NCBI GenBank assembly: GCA_963834385.1
Contig: CAWIBO010000005.1
Location: forward strand, 256,001 to 320,000
DNA: 64,000 nt
Reading direction: 5' to 3'
Source of the DNA: an uncultured Verrucomicrobiae bacterium
GTDB lineage: Bacteria; Verrucomicrobiota; Verrucomicrobiia; Chthoniobacterales; UBA10450
The notes beneath the pieces were generated by a model that was not told where the DNA came from, ran no database searches, and saw only the letters and a list, made by a program, of their open reading frames with translations. Position 1 is the first letter of the stretch; the number at the start of each line of letters is the position of its first letter. Positions 39,796 through 51,198 of this stretch are shown piece after piece. Both the position numbers and the translations under genes were made by a program.

Positions 39796-41109
39796 TCAGC
39801 GGCCCTCGGCGCGGTCCGCCGCGGGCGCACCGGTGTGATCCTCGTATAACGTCAGCCAGCGCAAACGCCCGTCCGCCGTTCCGGCAAGATAAAGATCCAG
39901 CCCTGGCACGTAGCGGATGCCCGAGCCGATGAGGTAGGCGGGATACTCGATGCTGTCGCGGCGGACGGATCGGTCTTCGCCTTTCGCGAGCACCTCTACG
40001 TTCTCGCCCGACGCCAATTTGAATTGCCCGACCGGTACCGGCCGATCGTCCAACTCGCGGCCGAGCTCGCTGGCCGCGCGGTCGGGCTCGTCCCGGGCGA
40101 ACGCCACCAGGGCGCGTTGCAGGCGCTGCTGCAGACCGGGTGCCAGCGTGTTGTTGCTCAGCATCGCCACGCTGATCCGGCGGTCCGCATCCCAGTAGAG
40201 CATATGGTGAAATCCTTCGTGGTGTCCGAGGTAATGGCACTGCCGTCCGCCGGGCGCGCAATACCAGTTACCGAGCGTGAGCCCTGACTCGTTCGAGCGA
40301 ATTCGCGCGCGTGTTGTCGCAGCGCGCCGGATCGGCGCCAGGCGCGGCTGCCACCACTCGCTCCCCCACGCGGCCAGTTGGGCCGCCGAGATGCTGAAAT
40401 TGGCCGGGCCATAAAACTGCTCGCCCTCCCAGCTATCGAAGCGCTGGAACTGACCCTCCTTTGTCCGCCGGTAGCCGATGGCCCGCCCGGTCCAGTCGGC
40501 CAGGCGCGCCGGCCGCAGAGTTACGCCCGAGGGCAGGGCGAGGTGTTGTTGCACGAACTCGAGATATTTGGTCCCGGCGACGCGCTCGATCAGCATGGCC
40601 AGCGCGACCGAGCACAGGTTGCAGTAGTTGAATGTGCTGCCGGGAGGAAACTGGGGGTCGCCCGCCTCGGCCAGGAGCTGGGCGTTGCTTTTCTCCCGCA
40701 CTTCATCCGCGAACCGCACACCGGCTGAGTGCGACAACAAATGATGCACGGACGTGGCGGGATGCGGATACTCCGGGAGATAACGCTGCACCGGCGCGTC
40801 GAGCTCCAGCTTTCCCTCGTGCACGAGCAGGAGGACCGCGGCCGCCGTTACCGGCTTGGCGAGCGAGGCGCTGTCTGCCGGCGTCTCGGGAGTAAACGGA
40901 CGCCGCTCGAAAGGATCGGCCCACCCGTAGCCCCGCGCGAAACGCACCCCATCGGCTCCACGCACGACGACCGCCCCGCTGAATTTCTCCTCGCGGGCCA
41001 GCTTCTCGAGGGCGCGATGAAGCCGGACAGGTTCTTTCGCAACCGCGGAGCGGCTCAGGCTGGTTGCAAGAAGAAGCAGCAACCACAGCGATAACGTTTC
41101 CGCCCGCAT
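39796..41109 (-). CDS. Serine hydrolase, beta-lactamase/AmpC-like family
   Basis: Signal peptide; SLAK (SxxK), LLSHSAG, FNYCN (YxN). Confidence 0.88.
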   Translation of the reverse strand: MRAETLSLWLLLLLATSLSRSAVAKEPVRLHRALEKLAREEKFSGAVVVRGADGVRFARGYGWADPFERRPFTPETPADSASLAKPVTAAAVLLLVHEGKLELDAPVQRYLPEYPHPATSVHHLLSHSAGVRFADEVREKSNAQLLAEAGDPQFPPGSTFNYCNLCSVALAMLIERVAGTKYLEFVQQHLALPSGVTLRPARLADWTGRAIGYRRTKEGQFQRFDSWEGEQFYGPANFSISAAQLAAWGSEWWQPRLAPIRRAATTRARIRSNESGLTLGNWYCAPGGRQCHYLGHHEGFHHMLYWDADRRISVAMLSNNTLAPGLQQRLQRALVAFARDEPDRAASELGRELDDRPVPVGQFKLASGENVEVLAKGEDRSVRRDSIEYPAYLIGSGIRYVPGLDLYLAGTADGRLRWLTLYEDHTGAPAADRAEGR

Positions 41110-41300
41110 CGATCATCAAAAAAAGGTCGGTCTCTCTCTTCGTCAACTCCAAACGCGTCGGCGCAAAGACGATATCCGATCAACCCTGCGCCGAACAAGT
41201 GCGGACCTTTGTTCTGCGAGATTTGTCTCAAGGATTGCCGCCAACGTTCAAACTGCGCGCCACTGACGATGAGGACAATGGCGACGGGGCGAGCTCTTGT

Positions 41301-41735
41301 TTAAGGAGTCGGCGGGCGCTTGTTGGCGGTAAACGGAAACTTCTCACCGTGGTGATAGATGAGGGTTCCCTGGAGCGACTGACCGTTGGCGTGCAGGGTG
41401 CCGTCGAAGGTGACCGGGCCTTCCGGAGTATCCACCGTCATCGCGATCCGCTCGCCACTAAGGGTGAGCATACGGACAGGCAGTGCATTCCTGCCCTGCA
41501 CCGTTGCCGTGCCGGTCCATTCTTCGCCGCGGGAAAACAGCCAGAGTTCTCCCCGGGAAATGCGATCGGGCCCCGTCTCCATGCGGAAGTCCCAACGCCC
41601 GGTGAGGTCGCGGATGGGCGCGGTCGAGGGCGAAGCTTGCGCCGGAGCGGGAGAGGTCTGCGGGATCGCATCCGCGAAGGGAAGAATAATCAGGAGAGCG
41701 AGCAGAACGCGAAACAGAGATGAGCAGTGGCACAT
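41301..41735 (-). CDS. Secreted beta-rich hypothetical protein
   Basis: Signal peptide, DLTGRWDF, FDGTL..LQGTL..FPFTA. Confidence 0.65.
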   Translation of the reverse strand: MCHCSSLFRVLLALLIILPFADAIPQTSPAPAQASPSTAPIRDLTGRWDFRMETGPDRISRGELWLFSRGEEWTGTATVQGRNALPVRMLTLSGERIAMTVDTPEGPVTFDGTLHANGQSLQGTLIYHHGEKFPFTANKRPPTP

Positions 41736-41848
41736 GGAATTCCCTCCAGCGCGTCAAGACCTGGCGCACAAGTGTGTCGAGAAGGCGGGCAACGCGTCAC
41801 GTTTGCTTGTGCTGTCGGACCCCAGGGGGATAGGATCGTGGCACGGAA

Positions 41849-42247
41849 ATGAGCAAGGCCATTGTCTCGGTCGTTCGGAGCATTCTCGCGGTCGTGCTCG
41901 GCTTCGTTGTCATCTCGGCGGGGACGTTGCTTACGTTCAACGGCATTGTCGGCCAGGTGAGCGTTTCTTCGCCCGTCTCGCAGTTGCTTGCGGGCACGGT
42001 GGGCGCCGTTCTTTCGGGACTCGCGGGCGGTATCGTCGCAGGCCTGATCGCGCCGCGCGCTCCGGTGCTTCATGCTCTCGGCATCTGGATCCCCATCGCG
42101 TTCGATACGGCATCCATTATCGCCAGAGGCAACGGTCCGGTCTGGTTCGATCTGGCGGGGAGCGGAATGCTCGCGATGACCGCGCTGATCGGGGGTGCGC
42201 TGGTAGCGTGGCAGTCGAAGCGGCGAGCGGCCGCGCGTCTCACCTGA
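41849..42247 (+). CDS. Small 4-TM membrane protein
   Basis: Four hydrophobic helices. Confidence 0.75.
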   Translation: MSKAIVSVVRSILAVVLGFVVISAGTLLTFNGIVGQVSVSSPVSQLLAGTVGAVLSGLAGGIVAGLIAPRAPVLHALGIWIPIAFDTASIIARGNGPVWFDLAGSGMLAMTALIGGALVAWQSKRRAAARLT

Positions 42248-42253
42248 TCCTGG

Positions 42254-42964
42254 ATGTACCTCGATCGGCACATCAGCGAGAATGGCATGAACGCGGAGAA
42301 GATCCTCGAAATCCTGAAAACGCTGGGAAAACCGGGGACGGCGGCGATTTACCGACGGCATGGCGCCGGGGACAATGTCCATGGCGTTCTTACTTCCGAG
42401 ATCGCGAAGCTGCAGAAGAAGATCAAAAGGAATCACGCGCTCGCGCTGGATCTTTGGAGAACAGGTAATGCTGAAGCGCGCGTCCTCGCTCTGTTGATCG
42501 CTGACCCTGCAGAAATCTCACGCACCGAAGCGCTCGCGCTGGTTAAGGAGGGACCAGTCCGTTTTCTCGGCTGTTATCTGACCGATCTCCTGGCTCGTGG
42601 GCGCGGTGCGGACGCCACGATGTGCGCATGGATGAAGGCGAAGGACGAGGCCCGTCGCGAAATGGGCTACGGAATTCTCGGCGTCCGCTTGAAGGATGAG
42701 CCCGAGTCGATCAGCGACGTTGATGCCGGGAAGATGCTGGCGACAATCGAGAAGGAGATTCATCGCTCCCCGAACTGGGCGCGTTACGCCATGAACGGCG
42801 CCCTCATTGCGATCGGTATTTTCAAACCGGCTCTGCGCAAGAAGGCGATCGGCGCGGCCAGACGCATCGGTCCGGTGGAGGTGGATCATGGAGAGACCTG
42901 CTGCAAAACGCCGGACGCGGTGGCGGCGATAGAGAAAGCATTGAAGCGTAAGCGCCGTCCCTGA
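42254..42964 (+). CDS. DNA alkylation repair protein (AlkD-like HEAT repeat)
   Basis: NHALALDLWRTGNAEAR, RYAMNGALIAIG, VEVDHGETCCKTPDA. Confidence 0.82.
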   Translation: MYLDRHISENGMNAEKILEILKTLGKPGTAAIYRRHGAGDNVHGVLTSEIAKLQKKIKRNHALALDLWRTGNAEARVLALLIADPAEISRTEALALVKEGPVRFLGCYLTDLLARGRGADATMCAWMKAKDEARREMGYGILGVRLKDEPESISDVDAGKMLATIEKEIHRSPNWARYAMNGALIAIGIFKPALRKKAIGAARRIGPVEVDHGETCCKTPDAVAAIEKALKRKRRP

Positions 42965-42972
42965 TCGGGTGC

Positions 42973-43806
42973 TTAGGCCGCGGAATGAGCGGCCGCCTTC
43001 GCGCAGCGTTCGAGCAGGCGGGGCGCTCCCATCCGTTCCGCCCACGCGGCGAAGGCTGGGGTCGGCCCGCGCCAGCGCAGGGTCTCGACCTTCTTGAACA
43101 AGGGCGCATCGGTCCGCAGGGTCGCAAGCTTCTTGAAGAGCAGGGCCTGCTTGCGCTGGCTTCCGAGGATGCCCGCAGGGAATTTCTCAATCGAGCGGTG
43201 CCGGTTCAAGAGCTGCGCAGCGGTCCGGGGACCGATCCCGGCGATCCCCGGGTAGCCGTCGGCGGCGTCGCCCACCAGCGCGAGCAGGTCGGGGATCAGC
43301 GGCGGGTCGACCCCGAACTTTTCCCGGATGCCGGCGGCGTCCCGCGTGATCTTGCGCCGGCCGTCCACCTGCACCACGCGCGTTCCCCGAACGCATTGCG
43401 CCAGGTCCTTGTCGGGCGTCCAGATGGCGATCTTCCGCACCTTTTTGTTCTTCGCGGCGAGATGCGCGGCCGATGCGAGGGCGTCGTCGGCTTCCAGCTC
43501 GATCATCGGCCAGACGACCACGCCCATGGCCGTGAGCGCTTCTTCCAGGGGATGAAACTGGGCGCGCAAGGCGCGGTCGATCCCGGCCCCGGTCTTGTAA
43601 CCGGGCCAAAGTTCGTTGCGGAACGATTCAATGACGTGATCGGTGGCGACCCCGAGATACTCCGAGCCGCTCTCGATCATTTGCAGGACGGTCTGCAACA
43701 CGCCGACCACCGCGCCGTAGGGCCGATCCTTTCCCTTGGTGAACCGGCGCAACCCGTAGAAGTGACGGAAAAGTTCGTAAGTCCCGTCAACGAGGTGCAC
43801 GACCAT
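42973..43806 (-). CDS. Stand-alone 5'-3' exonuclease / flap endonuclease
   Basis: LVDGTYELFR, SFRN..YK, EADDAL, DKDLAQ, LVGDAADGYPGIAGIG. Confidence 0.9.
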   Translation of the reverse strand: MVVHLVDGTYELFRHFYGLRRFTKGKDRPYGAVVGVLQTVLQMIESGSEYLGVATDHVIESFRNELWPGYKTGAGIDRALRAQFHPLEEALTAMGVVVWPMIELEADDALASAAHLAAKNKKVRKIAIWTPDKDLAQCVRGTRVVQVDGRRKITRDAAGIREKFGVDPPLIPDLLALVGDAADGYPGIAGIGPRTAAQLLNRHRSIEKFPAGILGSQRKQALLFKKLATLRTDAPLFKKVETLRWRGPTPAFAAWAERMGAPRLLERCAKAAAHSAA

Positions 43807-43849
43807 CGGGTCAGACCTTAGACTGCGATCAGGATGATAAGGAAAGAGG

Positions 43850-43925
43850 TTCACCACAGAGACGCAGAGCTGAAAAGCTGACAACTGAAATGCTGAAATC
43901 GGGCAGGAGAGGGGAAAGCTGAAAA
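43850..43925. repeat. CACAGAG-type and GCTGAAAN-type tandem repeats
   Basis: ttcaccacagagacgcagag + gctgaaaagctgacaactgaaatgctgaaat; same families as at 33887 and 31131. Confidence 0.65.
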
Positions 43926-43945
43926 GGAGAGGGCTGAGATAGAGC

Positions 43946-45757
43946 TCAGAGCGGCCAGACCCAGAGGAGCATGGGGACGGCGACGGCCATCACGACGATT
44001 TCGAGGGGGAGGCCCATGCGCCAGTAATCGGAGAAGCGGAAACCGCCGGGGCCCATGATGAGGGTGTTGTTCTTGTGGCCGATGGGGGTGAGGAAGGCGC
44101 AGGAAGCGGCGATGGCGACGCCCATGAGGAAGGTGTCGGGGTTGGCTCCGAGCTGTTGGCCGAGATCGATCGCGATCGGGCCGGTGATGACCATGGTGGC
44201 GACGTTGTTGAGCACGTCGGAGAGCATCATCGTCACGGCCATGATGGCGACGAGCGCGACCACGGCGGAGTAACCCTGGGTCAGGTCGACGATGGAATTG
44301 GCGATCAAGGCGGTTCCGCCGACCTCCTCAAAGGCAGTCCCAAGCGGGAGAAGGCAGGCGAGCATGACCACGACCGGCCATTCGATCTGGTGATAGAGTT
44401 CGCCGGCCGGGACCAGCCCGAGCGCGACATACGCGATCACGGCGATCGCGATGGCCACGGTAAACGAGAGCAGGCCGGCGGTGGCGATGGCAATCGCGCC
44501 GGCAAAGAGACCAATGGTCAAGGCGGCGTTCAAAGGTTTGAAAGGCGCGACGCTGGTGCGGTTGACCGCGACCAGGCCGAGTTGCTCGAGCGTTCGCTCC
44601 GACGAAGCGGGCTTGCCGGTGATGAGCAGCTCGTCCCCCGACATGATCCGGCGGTTGCCGATTCCCTCCCGCGCCATCTTTCCGGCGCGCGCGATGCCCA
44701 GGAGGGTGATGCCGAAACGCGGCCGCATCTTCATGGAGATGGCGGAACGTCCGACCAGGTAGGAGTCAGACCGGACCACGGCCTCGATGATCTCCGGACC
44801 GCGGAACTCCTCTTCCTTCGACGCCGGCTCTTCTTCGTCGTCCTCTTTCTTCCCTTTCGCCGCGGCCGGCTTTTCCTCCTCTTCCTTCGGTTTCTGCAGG
44901 TCGAGCGCCTTGATGAAGGCGGCAATGGCGTCGGTGGCGCCTTCCACCACAAGGCGGTCGCCCGGCTCAATGCGTCGAAAACGAACGGAACGCCGTTTCC
45001 CGTCCCGGATCAGGCCGACCAATAGGACGTCCGCTTTCTCCGCTTCCTCGTCGAGCTCGACGCCGACGCGTCCGGCCAGCTTTGATTCCTCGGGGACGAG
45101 GAGTTCGGCGAGGAAAGACGAAGGATCGAGTTCTGCCGGCCGGTCCTTGTGCTGGGGAACGAGGCGCCAGCCGATCAGGGCGACGAAGATGATTCCGGCG
45201 ATCGCGACCGCCCCGCCGACCGGGGTGAAGTCGAACATCCCATAAGGCGCGCCGAGCTGTTGTTCACGCACGGCGGAAGCGATGATGTTGGGAGGGGTGC
45301 CGATCAGGGTGACCATGCCGCCGAGGATGGTGGCAAAGGCGAGCGGCATGAGGGTGAGGCCCGGCGGGCGGCCGGCTTTGCGCGCGGCCTGCACGTCCAC
45401 CGGCATGAGCATGGCGAGCGCGGCCACGTTATTGATCACAGCCGAGAGGGCCGCGCCGATCCCGCCGATGACCGCCACGTGTGAGCCGGCGGCGCGCTTC
45501 TCGTTCGCGGCGATCTTGGTGAGGAGACCGAGCGCGCCGGAGTTTTCGAACGCGCGCGAAGCGATCAGGACCAGGGCGACGATCATGACCGCCGGATTGG
45601 AAAAGCCGCTGAAAGCCGCCTTTTCCGGGACCAGCCCGAGAACGACGCCGCACATCAGACCCGAAACCGCCACGAGGTCGTAACGGAACCGACCCCAGAG
45701 AAGCAGGCCGAGCACGAGACCGAACAAGGCGAAGAGAAGGATTTGATCGGTGGTCAT
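43946..45757 (-). CDS. SLC13 family permease with two TrkA-C domains
   Basis: INNVAA, GGMVTLIGTPPN, FLTPIGHKNN, YWRMGLPL. Confidence 0.92.
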   Translation of the reverse strand: MTTDQILLFALFGLVLGLLLWGRFRYDLVAVSGLMCGVVLGLVPEKAAFSGFSNPAVMIVALVLIASRAFENSGALGLLTKIAANEKRAAGSHVAVIGGIGAALSAVINNVAALAMLMPVDVQAARKAGRPPGLTLMPLAFATILGGMVTLIGTPPNIIASAVREQQLGAPYGMFDFTPVGGAVAIAGIIFVALIGWRLVPQHKDRPAELDPSSFLAELLVPEESKLAGRVGVELDEEAEKADVLLVGLIRDGKRRSVRFRRIEPGDRLVVEGATDAIAAFIKALDLQKPKEEEEKPAAAKGKKEDDEEEPASKEEEFRGPEIIEAVVRSDSYLVGRSAISMKMRPRFGITLLGIARAGKMAREGIGNRRIMSGDELLITGKPASSERTLEQLGLVAVNRTSVAPFKPLNAALTIGLFAGAIAIATAGLLSFTVAIAIAVIAYVALGLVPAGELYHQIEWPVVVMLACLLPLGTAFEEVGGTALIANSIVDLTQGYSAVVALVAIMAVTMMLSDVLNNVATMVITGPIAIDLGQQLGANPDTFLMGVAIAASCAFLTPIGHKNNTLIMGPGGFRFSDYWRMGLPLEIVVMAVAVPMLLWVWPL

Positions 45758-45967
45758 GTCGCTAAGTTCTTCGGCTCGCGGCTTTCAGGCTACGCCACCG
45801 CGGCCAGAGCATGGCTGGGGAGATGAGCGCCCGGCCAAGCACGGAGTGAAGGGTCGGAGAAAAAGCTGAAAAGGGGAAAGGCTGGTAGGGGGAAAGGCAG
45901 GAAACTTTCGTGGAAGATATGTCTGGTCGAGCTGTGAAAGCCCGATACTCTCCGCCCCGTGCATCTC

Positions 45968-46717
45968 ATGAAACTAAACAAGAGAATTTCTGTCCTGACG
46001 GTCATCTTCTCGCTGCAGTTCACCTCTGCCGTTCTTGCGGCGCCTGGTGGTGATCCGAATCAAAAACCAACGGTGCCCTCCATCGCAGATAGGCTGGAGA
46101 CGGATCCATTGGCGGAATGGGAACAGGAACTTTCGCCGACGCCAACGGCGACACCGGCGCCGACGGTAGCTGAAGTTCGGTCAACCCCGACAAGTGTTGG
46201 TGCAACCGGTCCGCAGGGAGTGAAGGGTGAGCAGGGTGAGGCCGCTGTGACGCCGGTCGCGACTCCCGCGCAGACTCCCGCGGTCCAGACCGCGGTTGGC
46301 CCGACCGGTCCGCAAGGGGATAAGGGTGCTCCCGCCACGACGCCCGGCGAGACGGTGAATAACGCGACGCCGGAGGTGCCGGCTGAGGAAAAGCCAGCAG
46401 TGCCGGCTGCGAAAACAACCTCGAACACGGGTGAAGCGACGACGCCGGGTGCGCAAACGAGGAAGGATGCCCGCGCCGCCGCAGCGGCCAAACGAGCCGA
46501 AAAGAAGGCAACGCGCCCGGCCTCGCAGGCGGGTCAGTCCGAAAAGGTCCGTCCCAAGGGGAAAACTGAAACGACCCGAACCGGCGTCAAGCCTGCCAGA
46601 GCGCAGACGAAGAAAGAGAATCCGTTTTTCGGTGGTTCTGGTTCCGGCAAGAAATCCTTCGGGAACGGCGGGGAAGAGGGCGAAGAAAAGGGACGAGGGA
46701 AGAAGCGGAAGAGATAA
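45968..46717 (+). CDS. Secreted low-complexity protein with short collagen-like tracts and basic tail
   Basis: Signal peptide; GATGPQGVKGEQGEA and GPTGPQGDKGAP; alternative GTG start at 45959. Confidence 0.65.
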   Translation: MKLNKRISVLTVIFSLQFTSAVLAAPGGDPNQKPTVPSIADRLETDPLAEWEQELSPTPTATPAPTVAEVRSTPTSVGATGPQGVKGEQGEAAVTPVATPAQTPAVQTAVGPTGPQGDKGAPATTPGETVNNATPEVPAEEKPAVPAAKTTSNTGEATTPGAQTRKDARAAAAAKRAEKKATRPASQAGQSEKVRPKGKTETTRTGVKPARAQTKKENPFFGGSGSGKKSFGNGGEEGEEKGRGKKRKR

Positions 46718-46750
46718 GGCTGCCGCGTCCGGCAGCGCAGTCCAGGCCGG

Positions 46751-47266
46751 TCAGTGCGGAAGACGGAGGCGAATGGGGCCGCGCCACTCGGAATCCGGGT
46801 CGATTGTTTTGTCGCGCTGGGTCATGATGACCTCGCCCGCGCGGGCAGCATCGCGTGTTGCTTCTCGCGCAAGAGTGAGCAAGGCACGCCACCGCCGTCC
46901 GCCGGCGATGCGGGCGGCGTCGGAAGGACAGATCGAGGAGGTCGGAGGACGAGCCCGCAAGAGGGTTCGGATGGCGGCGCGCAGACGTTGCCGGTTTCCT
47001 TCCCCGGAAGTTCTCTCCCACCATTTCTCGCCGCGCTCGCCCAGCGCCACCTTGGCATCCTGCACGCGGGGGCGATCCTGGATTCGTCGCGCGGCCATTA
47101 GCTCTTTCACGAGCTCGGCGCGCAGCTTTTCAGGAATGTGCGGGTCCGTTTTGCGCCAGCGCCGGCCTTTGACCACGAAGTAATGGTCGTCTTCGCCAGG
47201 CTTCTTTCTCCGTAGTGATGGTGTGCGTCTGGGCATTCCGTTCCGGGGAAGGGCGGGCTGCGTCAA
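46751..47266 (-). CDS. DUF3253 domain-containing protein
   Basis: GRRWRKTDP..AKVALGERG N-terminal part; SICPSDAAR..RGPIRLR C-terminal part. Confidence 0.75.
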   Translation of the reverse strand: MTQPALPRNGMPRRTPSLRRKKPGEDDHYFVVKGRRWRKTDPHIPEKLRAELVKELMAARRIQDRPRVQDAKVALGERGEKWWERTSGEGNRQRLRAAIRTLLRARPPTSSICPSDAARIAGGRRWRALLTLAREATRDAARAGEVIMTQRDKTIDPDSEWRGPIRLRLPH

Positions 47267-47334
47267 TCGACTCCGTCAAAGCAGCGCGAATTGATTTCGC
47301 CAGTTCACACACGTTGGCCGGAACCTGACCGATC

Positions 47335-48898
<1,564 letters not shown>

Positions 48899-49022
48899 AC
48901 GAGCCATGGAGGTTAGCCCCGCGGCTCGGTGGCGGGCAATGGTAAACGCCGGGGGCTCCCCGCGGAGCGCCGCGTTTCAGCCCTCTTCGACGGAGATGAC
49001 AAAGGCCGGGCGACGCACGAGG

Positions 49023-49508
49023 ATGAAAGTCAACGCCATGGAAAGCTCCCAAAAAGAAACGGTGCCGGCAGAGGAAGCGGAGAGAACGAGTTTCCTGATC
49101 TACGTCAGTATTGCGACGCAACCTTTCAGCGAAGCCGAACTGGTCGACCTGCTGACCACGAGCCGGAAAAACAACGCCGCGGTGGGCGTGACCGGCATGC
49201 TGCTCTACAAGGAGGGGAAGTTCATGCAATTGCTCGAGGGGGAGGAAACGCAGGTGGCGCGCGTGTTCGAGAAAATCTCGAGGGATTCGCGTCATCGCGA
49301 TGTGATCACCCTCCTGAAGGGGCGGGAGGACAAACGGAGCTTCTCCGAATGGATGATGGGGTTCGCCAATCTGGAGAACGCCGAGGCGGAATCCGTGCCC
49401 GGTTACTCGGAATATTTGAATACGCCGCTGACAGCGGATGCGTTCCCCGATCCGAGTAATGCGCAGCGGCTGCTCCGGATGTTCAAGCGCACCGGGCTTT
49501 CCCTTTGA
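49023..49508 (+). CDS. Stand-alone BLUF blue-light sensor
   Basis: LIYVS (Tyr), NN..VTGMLL, FMQLLEG (Gln), DSRH, WMMGF. Confidence 0.92.
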   Translation: MKVNAMESSQKETVPAEEAERTSFLIYVSIATQPFSEAELVDLLTTSRKNNAAVGVTGMLLYKEGKFMQLLEGEETQVARVFEKISRDSRHRDVITLLKGREDKRSFSEWMMGFANLENAEAESVPGYSEYLNTPLTADAFPDPSNAQRLLRMFKRTGLSL

Positions 49509-49547
49509 GCGCCGGCGGCGGAGCCGCCGCGTTCACTCAGGCCCGGG

Positions 49548-51188
49548 TCACAACCATTCCTTCACCTCCGGCCAGGCCTGGTCGAGCGGGAGCTTGAGGC
49601 CGCGACAGAGAAAGAGATGGCGGCGCTGCTCGAACGGCATCGCCCAGGGACTCGATTCGATCGGCCCCAGGTCCTCGACCGAGTCCCAGTTCGTCGGATC
49701 CTCGTTCCCGGGGCGGTTGATCACCAGCATGACACTGCCGTCGAAGCCGCGCGGTCCCCAGAGAAAGTAGTTCTGGTGACCGGAAAGAGCCGGGGGCAGC
49801 CCATGGCGCCTGCCGAAGAAGTCGATCGCGCCGGCTTCGCCGTAATTCTGGGTGAAGATGCCGACGCGCCGCTGATCGCCCGGCGATAACCGGGCGAAGG
49901 CCTGCGCGACCGAGCGCGTCATTTCTTCCCAGCCGAATTGATCGGCATAAAGCTGGGGCAGCGTGGCGGTGTGGGCTGTCTCGGTGCGCGGTGGTTCAAA
50001 CCCGATTTTTCGCATGTAGTCCACGAGTTGCGCCGGCGGCAGAACGGGAATCACCATGGGGGCGAGAACGGCGGCACTCGAGAGCATGACCCCGACCAGA
50101 GCGGGGCGAAGCCAGCGGAGACGCGAAGCGAAGAGCCGTTCCCAGGCCACTCCGCCGGCGGCGAAGAGCATCGGGTAAACCGGGGCGAGGTAATAGTGTT
50201 TCCCTTTCATCAGGATGAAAATGGCGAGCGCAAGAAGGTAGGTAAAACCGAGGACGCGATAGGGCGCCGTGCGTTCGCCGGTCGGGCCGGTCCGGCCAAC
50301 GAGGAGCCAGACGAGCCCGGCGAGCCAGAGCGGAAGCGTGGCCGGGTTCATGATCAAGATCTGTTGCACGACGAAATCGACCGGCGAAAGGACGACATTT
50401 TTGCTGCTGCGGGCGACATTGCGCAGGAGCTCCGGCGTGGGCCAGTCGTGCTGCACCTGCCAGAGCAGGTTCGGCAGCACCACCAGAAGGGCGAGCCCGC
50501 CGCCGAGCCAGATCCAGGGTTGCGCCAATTGGCGGCGATGCGGAGTCAGGAGCAGGCCGGCGACGAGCGCGGCGCCGAAGAAAACGATCGAGTGTTTGTT
50601 CTGGAACCCGAGGCCGGCGAGCAGGCCGATGACCAGCCAGGTTTTGGGTGAACCGCCGTGAATGATCCGGAGGAGGAGATAGACGCAGCCCATCCAGAAG
50701 AGCGGCTCAAACAGGTTCATGGAATAAACGTTCCCATTCGCGAGATAGACGGCCGCGCCGAGCGTGGCCGCGCAGCCCAGGGCGATGGCCCAGGCGCGTC
50801 CGCCAAGTTCACGCGCGATCAGTCCCGTGAGGAGGATGACCAGCGCATGCGCCAGGGCCGGGAGGAAGCGAATGGCGAAGAGCGAATCGCCGAGGAGAAA
50901 AAGCTCCATCCGCAGGAGGAGCGCCGAGAGCGGGGCGAAATCGACGTAGCCCCAGGCAAGCCGTTTGGCGCAGGCGATGAAGTAGAGTTCATCGCGAAAA
51001 TAGCCGTAGCGGCCGTTGGTGAGGAAGTGAACGAGCAGCGCGATGATCGCGAACGAGCCCGCGATCCACCAGAACCGTGTTCCGCCCCTGATGCCCTCTT
51101 GGATTGTTCCGCGGTCGGGGTTTGCATGCGGGAGATTGGCGATTCCGCCCGGCGCATTCAATCGCAAACGGACAGGGTCCCGCGGCAT
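49548..51188 (-). CDS. Glycosyltransferase family 39 (PMT/ArnT-like) membrane protein
   Basis: YFRDELYF..LAWGYVDFAPL, many TM helices, NYGEAGA. Confidence 0.85.
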   Translation of the reverse strand: MPRDPVRLRLNAPGGIANLPHANPDRGTIQEGIRGGTRFWWIAGSFAIIALLVHFLTNGRYGYFRDELYFIACAKRLAWGYVDFAPLSALLLRMELFLLGDSLFAIRFLPALAHALVILLTGLIARELGGRAWAIALGCAATLGAAVYLANGNVYSMNLFEPLFWMGCVYLLLRIIHGGSPKTWLVIGLLAGLGFQNKHSIVFFGAALVAGLLLTPHRRQLAQPWIWLGGGLALLVVLPNLLWQVQHDWPTPELLRNVARSSKNVVLSPVDFVVQQILIMNPATLPLWLAGLVWLLVGRTGPTGERTAPYRVLGFTYLLALAIFILMKGKHYYLAPVYPMLFAAGGVAWERLFASRLRWLRPALVGVMLSSAAVLAPMVIPVLPPAQLVDYMRKIGFEPPRTETAHTATLPQLYADQFGWEEMTRSVAQAFARLSPGDQRRVGIFTQNYGEAGAIDFFGRRHGLPPALSGHQNYFLWGPRGFDGSVMLVINRPGNEDPTNWDSVEDLGPIESSPWAMPFEQRRHLFLCRGLKLPLDQAWPEVKEWL

Positions 51189-51198
51189 TTTCGGGCCG

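Noticed and set aside
41238..41329. attC-like site (CCGCCAAC ... GTTGGCGG, 92 bp) at the end of a small gene
   Set aside because: The L boxes pair poorly, neighbouring genes have no comparable sites and mixed orientation, and no integron integrase is present. IntegronFinder could settle it.
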